DNA of 50,910 nucleotides from a virus. The notes beneath the pieces were generated by a model. The model worked only from the letters and a program-made list of their open reading frames with translations, was not told the DNA's origin and made no database searches. Made by a program: the position numbers and the translations under genes. Below are positions 7,483 to 15,424 of the stretch, piece after piece. The stretch lies in the IMG/VR virus record IMGVR_UViG_3300033475_000035; one strand, given 5' to 3'. How positions within the stretch are numbered: position 1 is the first letter of the stretch; each line of letters opens with the position of its first letter.

Positions 7483-7574
7483 GTTTAGGAGCGCGATAGG
7501 CTTTATCCGAATAAATATTATTCCGTATGTATAAATCCGGAATGCGAAGACCACCCTAATGAAATGAGGTAAAT

Positions 7575-7766
7575 ATGACTAACTTTATAATGTGTCCAGA
7601 GGGTATGAACGCTAGTATAGAACCATTCGTAATAGTGCTAACTCGAACTGAACATAATGAGACTATCAAGTATGGAGTTTTCGATGTAAGAGCGAATCGA
7701 ATCATATCTATCTTCGCAGACTATGAATCAGCGAAAAAATATTTGGATGAGATGTCGCATGAATAA
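7575..7766 (+). CDS. Hypothetical protein
   Basis: GAGG RBS. Confidence 0.6.
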   Translation: MTNFIMCPEGMNASIEPFVIVLTRTEHNETIKYGVFDVRANRIISIFADYESAKKYLDEMSHE

Positions 7767-7816
7767 AAGTGAGAGTACAAGACAAAGGTATTTTTAGATG
7801 TTCGGAGGTGAAATCA

Positions 7817-7990
7817 ATGGGGCTATTTTTTCCACCAAAATGTCTTTATTGTAGCAAGAAAAAGTGTAAAGGCAGAGCAAATACTATGTATTGTTCGGAA
7901 TATAAAAGAGATGAACAGGAAAGAGAAAATAAAAGGATAGAAAGGATTGTTGATGAATTGTGTAGGATAATAGTCAGAAAAAGAGGTTAA
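7817..7990 (+). CDS. Small Cys-rich basic protein
   Basis: GGAGG 8 nt before the internal ATG. Contains CLYCSKKKCKG...YCSEY. Confidence 0.5.
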   Translation: MGLFFPPKCLYCSKKKCKGRANTMYCSEYKRDEQERENKRIERIVDELCRIIVRKRG

Positions 7991-7991
7991 T

Positions 7992-8582
7992 ATGTTTAAA
8001 AATGGTGGATATCAGCCTGAAGGACCTTCAATTAATACAAATAATCCTCCAACAGGAGGGTCTGGAGTTTTTAGGGTGGAACCAAAGATGAGTAATGACC
8101 CTATTTCTTGTCATAAGTGTGGTTATGATATGTCACTTGTCCTTTCTCCTTGTTGGTCTGGACTTGTATGCAGGAATGCATCTTGTGATGATTTTGATCG
8201 GCGGTTTTTGGAAGATAATATTCAATCAGAATACTCATCAACTAGTGTTTGCTTGGTATGTGGGCATAGTGGCTGTCAAGGAGCCAACGGTCTTCCATGT
8301 CCATGGGTCTTTCCTTCTGCAGATGGGGCGGTCATAAAAAATCATGATTTATCTGACAATGTTAACCATCCCACTCATTACAAAGCCGATGCAAGATGCT
8401 CGAATTGTAATCATGAAATTGAATGTATTGATGTTGTAAGGGGGATGTCATTTAATCTTGGAAACGCCATGAAATATATCTGGCGTTGCGAAAAGAAAGG
8501 AAATAAAATAGAGGATTTAAGGAAGGCGCTCTGGTACATAGAGGATGAGATAAAAAATAATGAGAAAAATAACAACATATAA
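7992..8582 (+). CDS. DUF3310-type protein with a Cys-rich (zinc-ribbon-like) N-terminal half
   Basis: The C-terminus NHPTHY...IECIDV...FNLGNAMKYIWRCEKKG..IEDLRKALWYI matches my recollection of the DUF3310 pattern. The N-terminus has CHKCG...CRNASC and CLVCGHSGC. Confidence 0.7.
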   Translation: MFKNGGYQPEGPSINTNNPPTGGSGVFRVEPKMSNDPISCHKCGYDMSLVLSPCWSGLVCRNASCDDFDRRFLEDNIQSEYSSTSVCLVCGHSGCQGANGLPCPWVFPSADGAVIKNHDLSDNVNHPTHYKADARCSNCNHEIECIDVVRGMSFNLGNAMKYIWRCEKKGNKIEDLRKALWYIEDEIKNNEKNNNI

Positions 8583-8772
8583 ATTAATATGCATTGATAC
8601 AAAAAATCTGACTAAATCTATGATGGAAATCAATACCTTGCTAACTGAAGGGTTTGAGTTTTTCCGATATGATGCAAATACGGAGGAGCAAAATAGGTGT
8701 TTATCCTACAATTGGATGGACATGTTATGCGTTGAGCTTGTTAAGTATAGTGATAAGGAGGATATTAAATAA
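8560..8772 (+). CDS. Hypothetical protein (DUF1737-like pattern)
   Basis: YKLICID....MMEINTLLTEGFEFF. Overlaps the upstream gene by 23 nt. Confidence 0.45.
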   Translation: MRKITTYKLICIDTKNLTKSMMEINTLLTEGFEFFRYDANTEEQNRCLSYNWMDMLCVELVKYSDKEDIK

Positions 8773-8975
8773 TGGGATATGGGATGACTACACCTGTTAA
8801 GGATTACATAATTCATACGAATAGATGTGAGCTGGCTCTTTCAAAAGATATAAATGATTCATTGAAGAAAGGTTATGATCTCTACGGTTCGCCATTCTCT
8901 GTGGGTATCAACTTCTGTCAGGCTATGATTTATATTGAAAAAAGTTGGGAGTCTTGGATTAAAGGTGCTGTATAG
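8772..8975 (+). CDS. Hypothetical protein (DUF1737-like pattern)
   Basis: YIIHTN...LSKDINDSLKKGYDLYGSPF. Confidence 0.5.
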   Translation: MGYGMTTPVKDYIIHTNRCELALSKDINDSLKKGYDLYGSPFSVGINFCQAMIYIEKSWESWIKGAV

Positions 8976-8989
8976 CATTGGGGTAAAAC

Positions 8990-9343
8990 ATGATATTTAA
9001 AGACTTAATTAAAATAGAAGAGACTCATCGCGAAAATGAAATTTTTAACTTTACTTCATCAGTTTCCGCTTGCCATACTATAATATTAAATCCCCTACAT
9101 CGCGTATTGCGGTTAACCGAATACCGAGATCAGCTAGAAGAAGAGATAAAAGGGCGATTCCTTTGGGAGCTTTATGCAGAGCCAATTCGTCCCGTTATCA
9201 ATGATTTAACTCATGTTATTAGGTCTTTATATGGTGACCATGACTTTCCTCCGTGTGAAGGTACGGCCTTAATGCTTAATAGTTGTATCGATAGGCTTAG
9301 AAGCATCTGTGGTGGATATCATAGAGTGATTAAGGATAATTAA
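8990..9343 (+). CDS. Hypothetical protein
   Basis: ORF with a GGGG RBS. Confidence 0.6.
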   Translation: MIFKDLIKIEETHRENEIFNFTSSVSACHTIILNPLHRVLRLTEYRDQLEEEIKGRFLWELYAEPIRPVINDLTHVIRSLYGDHDFPPCEGTALMLNSCIDRLRSICGGYHRVIKDN

Positions 9344-9359
9344 GGAGGGGTTGGCTAAT

Positions 9360-9614
9360 ATGTCTCGTAGTTTACACGCAAGAAAAGTTATCCATGGCGA
9401 GTTTGTTGGAGAAGGGCCATTGATAGATATGTTGTCAAAAAAACATGGTATGTTTAGTCATGTAACACCGTATACTGATTCATGGCCATTGAAGTTAGAT
9501 TGCAGTGATTTAGAGTATATTACTGGTCTTAGAGATGATGGGGTGGATGGGGCGCAAAGATTATTAGATTTAATAGAAAAATATGACTCTATTGAAGTAT
9601 ATGTTCAATATTAA
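9360..9614 (+). CDS. Hypothetical protein, paralogue of 6269-6514
   Basis: AAGGAGG upstream. ATG 9360 gives MSRSLHA, which matches the paralogue N-terminus. Confidence 0.6.
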   Translation: MSRSLHARKVIHGEFVGEGPLIDMLSKKHGMFSHVTPYTDSWPLKLDCSDLEYITGLRDDGVDGAQRLLDLIEKYDSIEVYVQY

Positions 9615-9645
9615 GAAAGAGAGATTGAATAAGGAGAATCTCATA

Positions 9646-9846
9646 ATGAGTGAGGATAAAGTAGGTATATGTGTTTCCACGATTTTGAACGTGAAGACGG
9701 AAGAAGTTGGGGTTATTTTCGCAATACCGCTTGACGATGATTGGATAGTTTTGGAGAGTAAATTCTATACGCTTGAAGGAGATGATTGTAAAAAATACAT
9801 GATGGAACGCAATAATAAAAATAATACCATTGTGCATGCGGTATAA
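9646..9846 (+). CDS. Hypothetical protein
   Basis: AAGGAG RBS before the internal ATG. Confidence 0.55.
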   Translation: MSEDKVGICVSTILNVKTEEVGVIFAIPLDDDWIVLESKFYTLEGDDCKKYMMERNNKNNTIVHAV

Positions 9847-9901
9847 AATGATGGCATGTGAGGTTGGCCTATATTACGTCGATTGGTGAACAGGAGGAAA
9901 T

Positions 9902-9976
9902 ATGGAAATAAAATTTAGGGCCTGGGTGAAACCCCTGGACAAGTTGATGCGGGAAGTTATAAATGAAACCATTTAA
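9902..9976 (+). pseudogene. 24-codon remnant resembling a YopX-family N-terminus
   Basis: AGGAGG RBS then MEIKFRAWVKPLDKLMREVINETI and a stop. IKFRAW is the typical YopX N-terminal motif. Confidence 0.35.
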
Positions 9977-10202
9977 TTTAGAAAAAGCATTAGCTGGAGA
10001 GACAGTTATCACCAGAGATGGGCGCAAGATAACTGAGGTTTCTTACTGCAAAGATCGAACCACCCATTATCCTGTCAGAGCTAAGATAGAGGGTCAATAT
10101 TATCGTAAAACCTATACTATAGATGGTTATACATATCTCGATAAAGAGGAAGATAAACGTGATTTGCTCATGTTAGGGGAGCAAGAAAGTGAGACCTTTT
10201 AA
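9963..10202 (+). CDS. KPFNLEEALAG-module protein (paralogue family, 1 module)
   Basis: MKPFNLEKALAGETVITRDGRKITEV...DLLM. Confidence 0.65.
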   Translation: MKPFNLEKALAGETVITRDGRKITEVSYCKDRTTHYPVRAKIEGQYYRKTYTIDGYTYLDKEEDKRDLLMLGEQESETF

Positions 10203-10623
10203 CTTAGAAGAAGCTTTAGCAGGAAAACCAGTTGTTACGAGAGACGGTCGTAAAGTAACAGACATTTTTTGTTGTAAAGATCGGAATATTAAGTATCCAG
10301 TGATAGCTAGAGTTGTTGAAATAGATCTTGATGACTCCATTCAAGACTATACTATAGACTATACTATAGATGGTCATTATTGGGATGATAAAGAGGAATC
10401 TTCCTTTGACTTATTTATGGCGGAGGAAGGTCTCCCTAAATACGAAATTCATATTATAATGACAAAGCATGGTCCTATGTGTCGTATTGATAAGGAAGGG
10501 TGTGGATTAGTTTTTTTGGATAAAGGCGATTATCTTATAAAAACAATTTATGGAGTAGACATTCCCATAGACATTCACAATGAAATTTTACATGTAGCTG
10601 AGTTAATGCAAAAAAAGAAGTAA
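10189..10623 (+). CDS. KPFNLEEALAG-module protein (1 module plus a C-terminal extension)
   Basis: GTG start after GGGGAG. Translation begins RPFNLEEALAGKPVVTRDGRKVTDI...DLFM. Overlaps the previous paralogue by 14 nt. Confidence 0.65.
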   Translation: MRPFNLEEALAGKPVVTRDGRKVTDIFCCKDRNIKYPVIARVVEIDLDDSIQDYTIDYTIDGHYWDDKEESSFDLFMAEEGLPKYEIHIIMTKHGPMCRIDKEGCGLVFLDKGDYLIKTIYGVDIPIDIHNEILHVAELMQKKK

Positions 10624-10634
10624 GGAGTAACTAA

Positions 10635-10868
10635 ATGATTACATTTCAATATAAAAACTTAAGAAGGCAGGCTGAAATTAGTGGCAGTGTTGAAGAGGCA
10701 TCTTTAAAGGCCATAGAAGCGCTTTCAAGGTTCCAGATATGCGTTTCACGTTATATTAGGCTAGATAGTTATGCGACAGGTATTACTCAAGCCACTGACC
10801 TGGAGTCATACGAGGTTTACAGTGGGCGCAATACACATCTGTTTACTAGAGGGAATCTTAAAAAATAG
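10635..10868 (+). CDS. Hypothetical protein
   Basis: AAGGAG RBS. Confidence 0.55.
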   Translation: MITFQYKNLRRQAEISGSVEEASLKAIEALSRFQICVSRYIRLDSYATGITQATDLESYEVYSGRNTHLFTRGNLKK

Positions 10869-10883
10869 GGAAATAGGCTCAAT

Positions 10884-11255
10884 ATGACTGACCTACCAAT
10901 ACCATTCTCTTTAGAAGAAGGACTGGCTGCAAAGAGGGTAATTACAGTAACTGGAATTGTTGTTGGAAAATTGAGTGTAGTAGACTTACCAGAGCCGCTC
11001 TTATATGGGTCTGTTAAAGGATGTATGTACACATGGGATTTATTGGGAAAGAATTGTAAGACCATATTTAAGGAGAAAATGGGTCAAGATTATGACCTCT
11101 TAATCTCATTAGATACTCCTAAGTACTATATTGCATTATATAGAGATAGAGAAGGTTGTGTTAGGAATCATCTTTTTACGGAGTCTCAAAAGCATTGCGT
11201 GCCTAAAGATAAGGATAATATTTATAAGATAATAGAGGTGGAATTTGATGGTTAG
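10884..11255 (+). CDS. Divergent KPFNLEEALAG-module protein
   Basis: IPFSLEEGLAAKRVITVTG...YDLLI. Confidence 0.55.
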   Translation: MTDLPIPFSLEEGLAAKRVITVTGIVVGKLSVVDLPEPLLYGSVKGCMYTWDLLGKNCKTIFKEKMGQDYDLLISLDTPKYYIALYRDREGCVRNHLFTESQKHCVPKDKDNIYKIIEVEFDG

Positions 11256-11487
11256 CCCATTTGAAACATATGAAATGAGAGTTTTCCTAACTCTAATGCG
11301 GCATAAGAGAGATTTTTACATAAAAGAAAGGAATAGAATATCATATAGCATGTTTCGTTTCTTAAACCCATTCTATAAAATGCAAATGAAATTCCTAAAT
11401 AGCATAATCTGGGATATGGATGAGATTATTCTTTACATAGAAAAAGAGCAGGCAAAAGCTAAGCATGCACAGGTTAGATCTCCTTAA
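11248..11487 (+). CDS. Hypothetical protein
   Basis: GAGGTGG RBS before ATG 11248. Confidence 0.5.
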   Translation: MVSPFETYEMRVFLTLMRHKRDFYIKERNRISYSMFRFLNPFYKMQMKFLNSIIWDMDEIILYIEKEQAKAKHAQVRSP

Positions 11488-11699
11488 TCTAGCTTAAAAT
11501 ATTTAATTAGGTCTTGTTTTCTTACATACCATAAGTACCCGTTTCCTGTTCGAGGCACTGCAATTTTCTGACATGGGAAGCACCCTCTGTTGTAATAACC
11601 TCTGAGGGAAGTTCCTGTTTGGCATATTCCATATGTTTCATAGAGCCACTTGGCTGCTTCTGATAAAGTAAGCTTATCTTCTGATGGTAACTTGCTCAT
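11484..11699 (-). CDS. Excisionase/AlpA-like HTH protein, divergent from the XRE gene
   Basis: LTLSEAAKWLYETYG...WYVRKQDLIKYF. Same architecture as 3862-4065. Confidence 0.6.
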   Translation of the reverse strand: MSKLPSEDKLTLSEAAKWLYETYGICQTGTSLRGYYNRGCFPCQKIAVPRTGNGYLWYVRKQDLIKYFKLD

Positions 11700-11749
11700 G
11701 TTTTATTTCCAGCATATTACAGAATAATTCTAGTTACAGACGGGTGTGT

Positions 11750-11790
11750 TGTCAATATGATGTCAATTTTATTGATAAGAGAATTGATAA
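11750..11790. promoter_or_regulatory. Four phased operator-like half-sites in the divergent intergenic region
   Basis: TGTCAAT at 11750 and 11761. ATTGATAA, the near reverse complement, at 11771 and 11783. Spacing is 10-12 bp. Confidence 0.45.
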
Positions 11791-11833
11791 TTTAATTTTT
11801 TCTGCTATTATTAAAAATTTTAAGGGGGAAGGT

Positions 11834-12178
11834 ATGAGAAAATCAAACAAGTTGAACATTGGTAAAAATATTCGTAGTCTTAGGATTAGGGCCGGGCTTA
11901 CTATTAATGATTTGGCCACAAGGATAGGTGTGACTCATTCATGTCTTCTAGGTCTTGAGAACAGGGCGATGCCTGCTGCGATAAAGAGATTAGATCAAAT
12001 CGCCAATGAGCTTGGGGTTGGGCTTCTAGATATTATTGATGTAGAAAAGAGTAGTATTAAAGAAAGCAATGATTCTTTGTTTTTTGCGAAATGGTCTATT
12101 TTAAAAAAATTATCTAAAAAGGATGCTAAGTTGTTATTAATGATTGCCGAGAAAATTGCCTTGAATAGCAAAAAATAG
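11834..12178 (+). CDS. XRE/Cro-CI-family HTH transcriptional regulator
   Basis: GGGGGAAGG RBS. IGKNIRSLRIRAGLTINDLATRIGVTHSCLLGLENR is a classic HTH_3 pattern. Confidence 0.8.
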   Translation: MRKSNKLNIGKNIRSLRIRAGLTINDLATRIGVTHSCLLGLENRAMPAAIKRLDQIANELGVGLLDIIDVEKSSIKESNDSLFFAKWSILKKLSKKDAKLLLMIAEKIALNSKK

Positions 12179-12205
12179 TAAGGTTTAATATAGGAGGATT
12201 AAGAG

Positions 12206-12655
12206 GTGGGGCCATCATTTTCCGAAATAAATCAGGATTCGGTTGAAAAATTCTTAAATAATGAAACTGATTTGTATATTTATCTGAGTCAGGTTGAAGG
12301 CGTAGTCAGTCCGTTATTCGATAATACTTTCATAACAAAAGTAAGTGTTACAGGTTATTGTAAGCTAACTGATGAGCATCGAAGACCTGATATTTTTGCA
12401 GATGCTCCTGGGATGATTATTATTAGTGCATACAAGCTTGAAATCTTTGCCCGTGATTCTGTCTATCCTAAAGCATGGAGTACCAATAAGAAGGATAATT
12501 TCTTTAGGCCCCTTGTTTATTATGATAAGGATGCGGTCTTGAATAAGAGATATGCTCTACATCCTGTAAAAGATGAGTTTGGTGTAACGTGCTATAGCTA
12601 TGCTATTACGCAAAAAATGCTGTTTATTGAAGATGAGGAGATATTAAATGATTGA
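12206..12655 (+). CDS. Hypothetical protein
   Basis: AGGAGG 8 nt before GTG. Confidence 0.6.
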   Translation: MGPSFSEINQDSVEKFLNNETDLYIYLSQVEGVVSPLFDNTFITKVSVTGYCKLTDEHRRPDIFADAPGMIIISAYKLEIFARDSVYPKAWSTNKKDNFFRPLVYYDKDAVLNKRYALHPVKDEFGVTCYSYAITQKMLFIEDEEILND

Positions 12656-12839
12656 ATGGGTTTATGTGATTTTCTTGAGCACTCCTGGGTCAGGCGGTAT
12701 GGAGGCCATTCCTATGGCAACACAAGCTGCTTGTATACAGGCTTTGCGTGAGCAGCATAAGGTGAGTGGTTTTGGTAAACACATTGATGATTTTTGCATA
12801 AACTCTAAAACTGGAAAAATAATAAAAAAAGATGATTAA
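12648..12839 (+). CDS. Small hypothetical protein (hydrophobic N-terminus)
   Basis: GAGGAG RBS and overlapping start. Confidence 0.5.
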   Translation: MIEWVYVIFLSTPGSGGMEAIPMATQAACIQALREQHKVSGFGKHIDDFCINSKTGKIIKKDD

Positions 12840-12993
12840 TACATTAATCGAGTTACAGAATAGAATAAGAAATAGGATTTTTGAGTGGGAAGAGTCTCAT
12901 GTATTTTATACTAGTGATATAGTTCAGGGGTTGCAGGAAGCTTCTGACATAATTGATGACATGCTAAAGGAGTTAAAGAAATATGAGCGATAA
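12832..12993 (+). CDS. Small hypothetical protein (53 aa), not in the ORF track
   Basis: Manual translation is MINTLIELQNRIRNRIFEWEESHVFYTSDIVQGLQEASDIIDDMLKELKKYER. It overlaps both neighbouring genes in typical operon style and fills a gap. Confidence 0.35.
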   Translation: MINTLIELQNRIRNRIFEWEESHVFYTSDIVQGLQEASDIIDDMLKELKKYER

Positions 12994-13492
12994 TATAAGT
13001 ATTGGAAGTGAAAGGGTTAGAGCTGCTTTCAATCCAAGTGGGAATGATATGGTAACTATTCTTAAGGAACAAACAGCTGTCTTGATTGATCACTGCGAAG
13101 CGTTGAAAAGACTAGATGGTCGTCTTGCGTCTTTAGCTCAAACAGCTTATGAGGAAGCATGCATGTGGGCAGTTAAAGCAGCTACAACTCAACCAAATGG
13201 CTTCCCTGTGCGTAATCCAGATAATTTTCATATTACACAGTCTGTAGATGACCAAGATTTTCATGATGTATGGATAGATGTTACTGAGCGGTTACCAATG
13301 CCTAACCAAGTTGTGCTGGTGTTGGGTGAGAATTATGAAGGCACGCGGCCTTTTACAGCTAGATATTATGAGGTTGAGAAGCAAATAGATTGGTTCTCTA
13401 ATACCGACCGTGCTCCAATTTCCAATGTGACGCATTGGATGCCCGTTCCATCGATATCATCGCATAGGATAAGGATAAAAAAGGATGAGTGA
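12983..13492 (+). CDS. Two-domain protein: an N-terminal helical hairpin (NPSG...MWAVKA motif) plus a C-terminal DUF551-like domain
   Basis: The N-terminus is RVRAAFNPSGNDMVTILKEQTAVLIDHCE...LASLAQTAYEEACMWAVKAAT. The C-terminus is WIDVTERLP...VLVL...NVTHWMPVP. Confidence 0.7.
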   Translation: MSDNISIGSERVRAAFNPSGNDMVTILKEQTAVLIDHCEALKRLDGRLASLAQTAYEEACMWAVKAATTQPNGFPVRNPDNFHITQSVDDQDFHDVWIDVTERLPMPNQVVLVLGENYEGTRPFTARYYEVEKQIDWFSNTDRAPISNVTHWMPVPSISSHRIRIKKDE

Positions 13493-13570
13493 TCTCTACT
13501 TTATATAAAAGGTGAGGCTAAATACTATCCTGAATGAAGAAGATTAAATAAAGTTAAACAGAGGTACTGT

Positions 13571-14044
13571 ATGAAACCATTTAATTTACAGGAAGCTTTA
13601 GCAGGTAAGCCCGTGGGTACTCGGGACGGAAGGAAGGTTCTTAATATTGCTTGTTATACCTCTCCTGAGACCCTGAGTTTTCCGATAAGAGCCATAATTG
13701 ATTACCCAGATGGGTTCGAGGCATGTGAGCAACGCTATACCTTAAATGGATGTTATTATATATCTGAGTGCAAATCTGATATGGATTTGTTCATGCAGGA
13801 AGACTTCATTAAGCCAATACTTAAGCCGTTCAATATTGAGCAGGCTATCCACGCTATACATACTGTAACTACTAGGGATGGCAATGGGATTGCAACTCTT
13901 TATTTGCTTGATAGAGAAAAATATGGATTCCCGATCATGGCAGCGCTAAAAGGAGAGCCTAATTTCATGTTTTGGACTATAGACGGGATTTATTATCCAG
14001 GTAAGCAGAGTGGATTGGATTTATTTATATTGGGCCCTGAATGA
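13571..14044 (+). CDS. Tandem two-module KPFNLEEALAG-family protein
   Basis: MKPFNLQEALAGKPVGTRDGRKV...DLFM is followed by LKPFNIEQAIHA..TTRDGNG...DLFI. Confidence 0.7.
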   Translation: MKPFNLQEALAGKPVGTRDGRKVLNIACYTSPETLSFPIRAIIDYPDGFEACEQRYTLNGCYYISECKSDMDLFMQEDFIKPILKPFNIEQAIHAIHTVTTRDGNGIATLYLLDREKYGFPIMAALKGEPNFMFWTIDGIYYPGKQSGLDLFILGPE

Positions 14045-14167
14045 CCTATAAAAATATTTTAGACAATAATTATCAATTTTTATTTGAAATATTTTTTATT
14101 AAGAGCTATTATAAGAGTGTAGTGCTAGTAGTTTACTTTCAACAACATATCATAATCGGAGATAGTT

Positions 14168-14527
14168 ATGACCGTAGAAATTTTAGAATCCCAAAAAAGA
14201 TGTAGAGAAACTCTTGTAAAAATGAATAATACGTTGACAGCGTATCAGACTTATCGAATATCTGCAGAGGCTCTTATTAATTATACTGAGGCTAGTCAGG
14301 AGTTTAGAGCTGATATAGAGAAGATAAAGAAAGGATTAGCAGAGTTAAAGAGTACAAGAGAATCAAATACTCTTATTTTTTCTAACTGGCTTGAAGAGAG
14401 GAAGCAAAGGTTTAAGCCAAATCCACGCTCCTTTATCCCGCAAATGGAAAAAGAGACTCTTCCTAAGTCTAATAATTCATCAAATGGAACTTGGTGGAGT
14501 AGATGGACTAGAATGTTTGGTTTGTAA
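14168..14527 (+). CDS. Hypothetical coiled-coil protein in a self-contained cassette (own promoter-like element and terminator)
   Basis: TTGAAA-17-TATTAT lies upstream (about 14085-14113) and a hairpin lies downstream. Confidence 0.6.
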   Translation: MTVEILESQKRCRETLVKMNNTLTAYQTYRISAEALINYTEASQEFRADIEKIKKGLAELKSTRESNTLIFSNWLEERKQRFKPNPRSFIPQMEKETLPKSNNSSNGTWWSRWTRMFGL

Positions 14528-14539
14528 TAGGTAATTCTC

Positions 14540-14571
14540 ATTGCACCAGTATGTATATTTGCTGGTGCAAT
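14540..14571 (+). terminator. Hairpin terminator candidate
   Basis: ATTGCACCAG, 12-nt loop, CTGGTGCAAT, then atcttt. Confidence 0.5.
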
Positions 14572-14594
14572 ATCTTTAATAAAGAGCTTCAATC

Positions 14595-14768
14595 ATGAAA
14601 ATTCAAGAATGGATTTCCTATGGGAAATTTATAGATGACAATAAGATGTTTAGAAGGCCAAGGGCTAATGCATCAGTAAGTCCTGAGGGTAAAAGTGTTG
14701 ATGTAAAAGCCTATCAAGATAATAAAGATAAGGTATTGCTCTCTCTAAAGCAAAGTAATAAGAGTTAG
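14595..14768 (+). CDS. Possible small ORF (57 aa) upstream of the sigma-4 gene
   Basis: Open frame MKIQEWISYGKFIDDNKMF... with a weak RBS. Confidence 0.25.
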   Translation: MKIQEWISYGKFIDDNKMFRRPRANASVSPEGKSVDVKAYQDNKDKVLLSLKQSNKS

Positions 14769-14772
14769 CGCA

Positions 14773-15396
14773 ATGACATTTGAAAAGGAATATAGAGTAA
14801 AGATTGGGGTAAGAAATAATCTTATACTGAGAAAAATTGAAGGACTTGGTTGTAAGAGCGTTAGTGAGTTTTGCAGAGTATATAATTTGAGCGCAACCCT
14901 TGTGAATTCTATTATAGCAATGACCCTCTCTCCTTTAACTTCTTCTGGATTCCCCCGCCGCATAGTGCAGGAGCTTCTTGATATATTTAATTGTGGTTTG
15001 GATGATTTATTTACTGAAAATCAAATTAATACCAAGCTTGAGCATTCCACCCGTCAAGTGGAGGTTTCTGAGACGGAAGCCGCTTATTATCTGCAGTCTC
15101 AATCATATAATATTGTTGAAAATATGCTTGAACATGAGTCTCAGGAGATAATCGATAAGCAAATTTTTGGTCATCTTGGTAGTCTGTCACCAAGAGAGCA
15201 ATTAGTAATTAAGGCTAGATTTGGACTTGATGGGAATCCTGAGCAAACCCTTGCTGAAATAGCAAAAGAACAAAGATTGAGCATGGAAAGAATTAGGGGT
15301 ATTGAAGCTAGAGCATTAAGAAAGCTGAGATGGAGGTTTTGTAGAGAGAGTGGCTTAGTGCATCACCCTTGGGGTAGATTTACAACATCTTATTAA
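14773..15396 (+). CDS. Sigma-70 region-4 domain protein with an N-terminal HTH. No recognisable region 2.
   Basis: LSPREQLVIKARFGLDGNPEQTLAEIAKEQRLSMERIRGIEARALRKLR matches sigma-70 region 4 (LTPREEKVLRMRFGI....TLEEVG..F.VTRERIRQIEAKALRKLR). Confidence 0.8.
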   Translation: MTFEKEYRVKIGVRNNLILRKIEGLGCKSVSEFCRVYNLSATLVNSIIAMTLSPLTSSGFPRRIVQELLDIFNCGLDDLFTENQINTKLEHSTRQVEVSETEAAYYLQSQSYNIVENMLEHESQEIIDKQIFGHLGSLSPREQLVIKARFGLDGNPEQTLAEIAKEQRLSMERIRGIEARALRKLRWRFCRESGLVHHPWGRFTTSY

Positions 15397-15424
15397 AAAT
15401 CAGATACATAAAAGGATCAAATTT

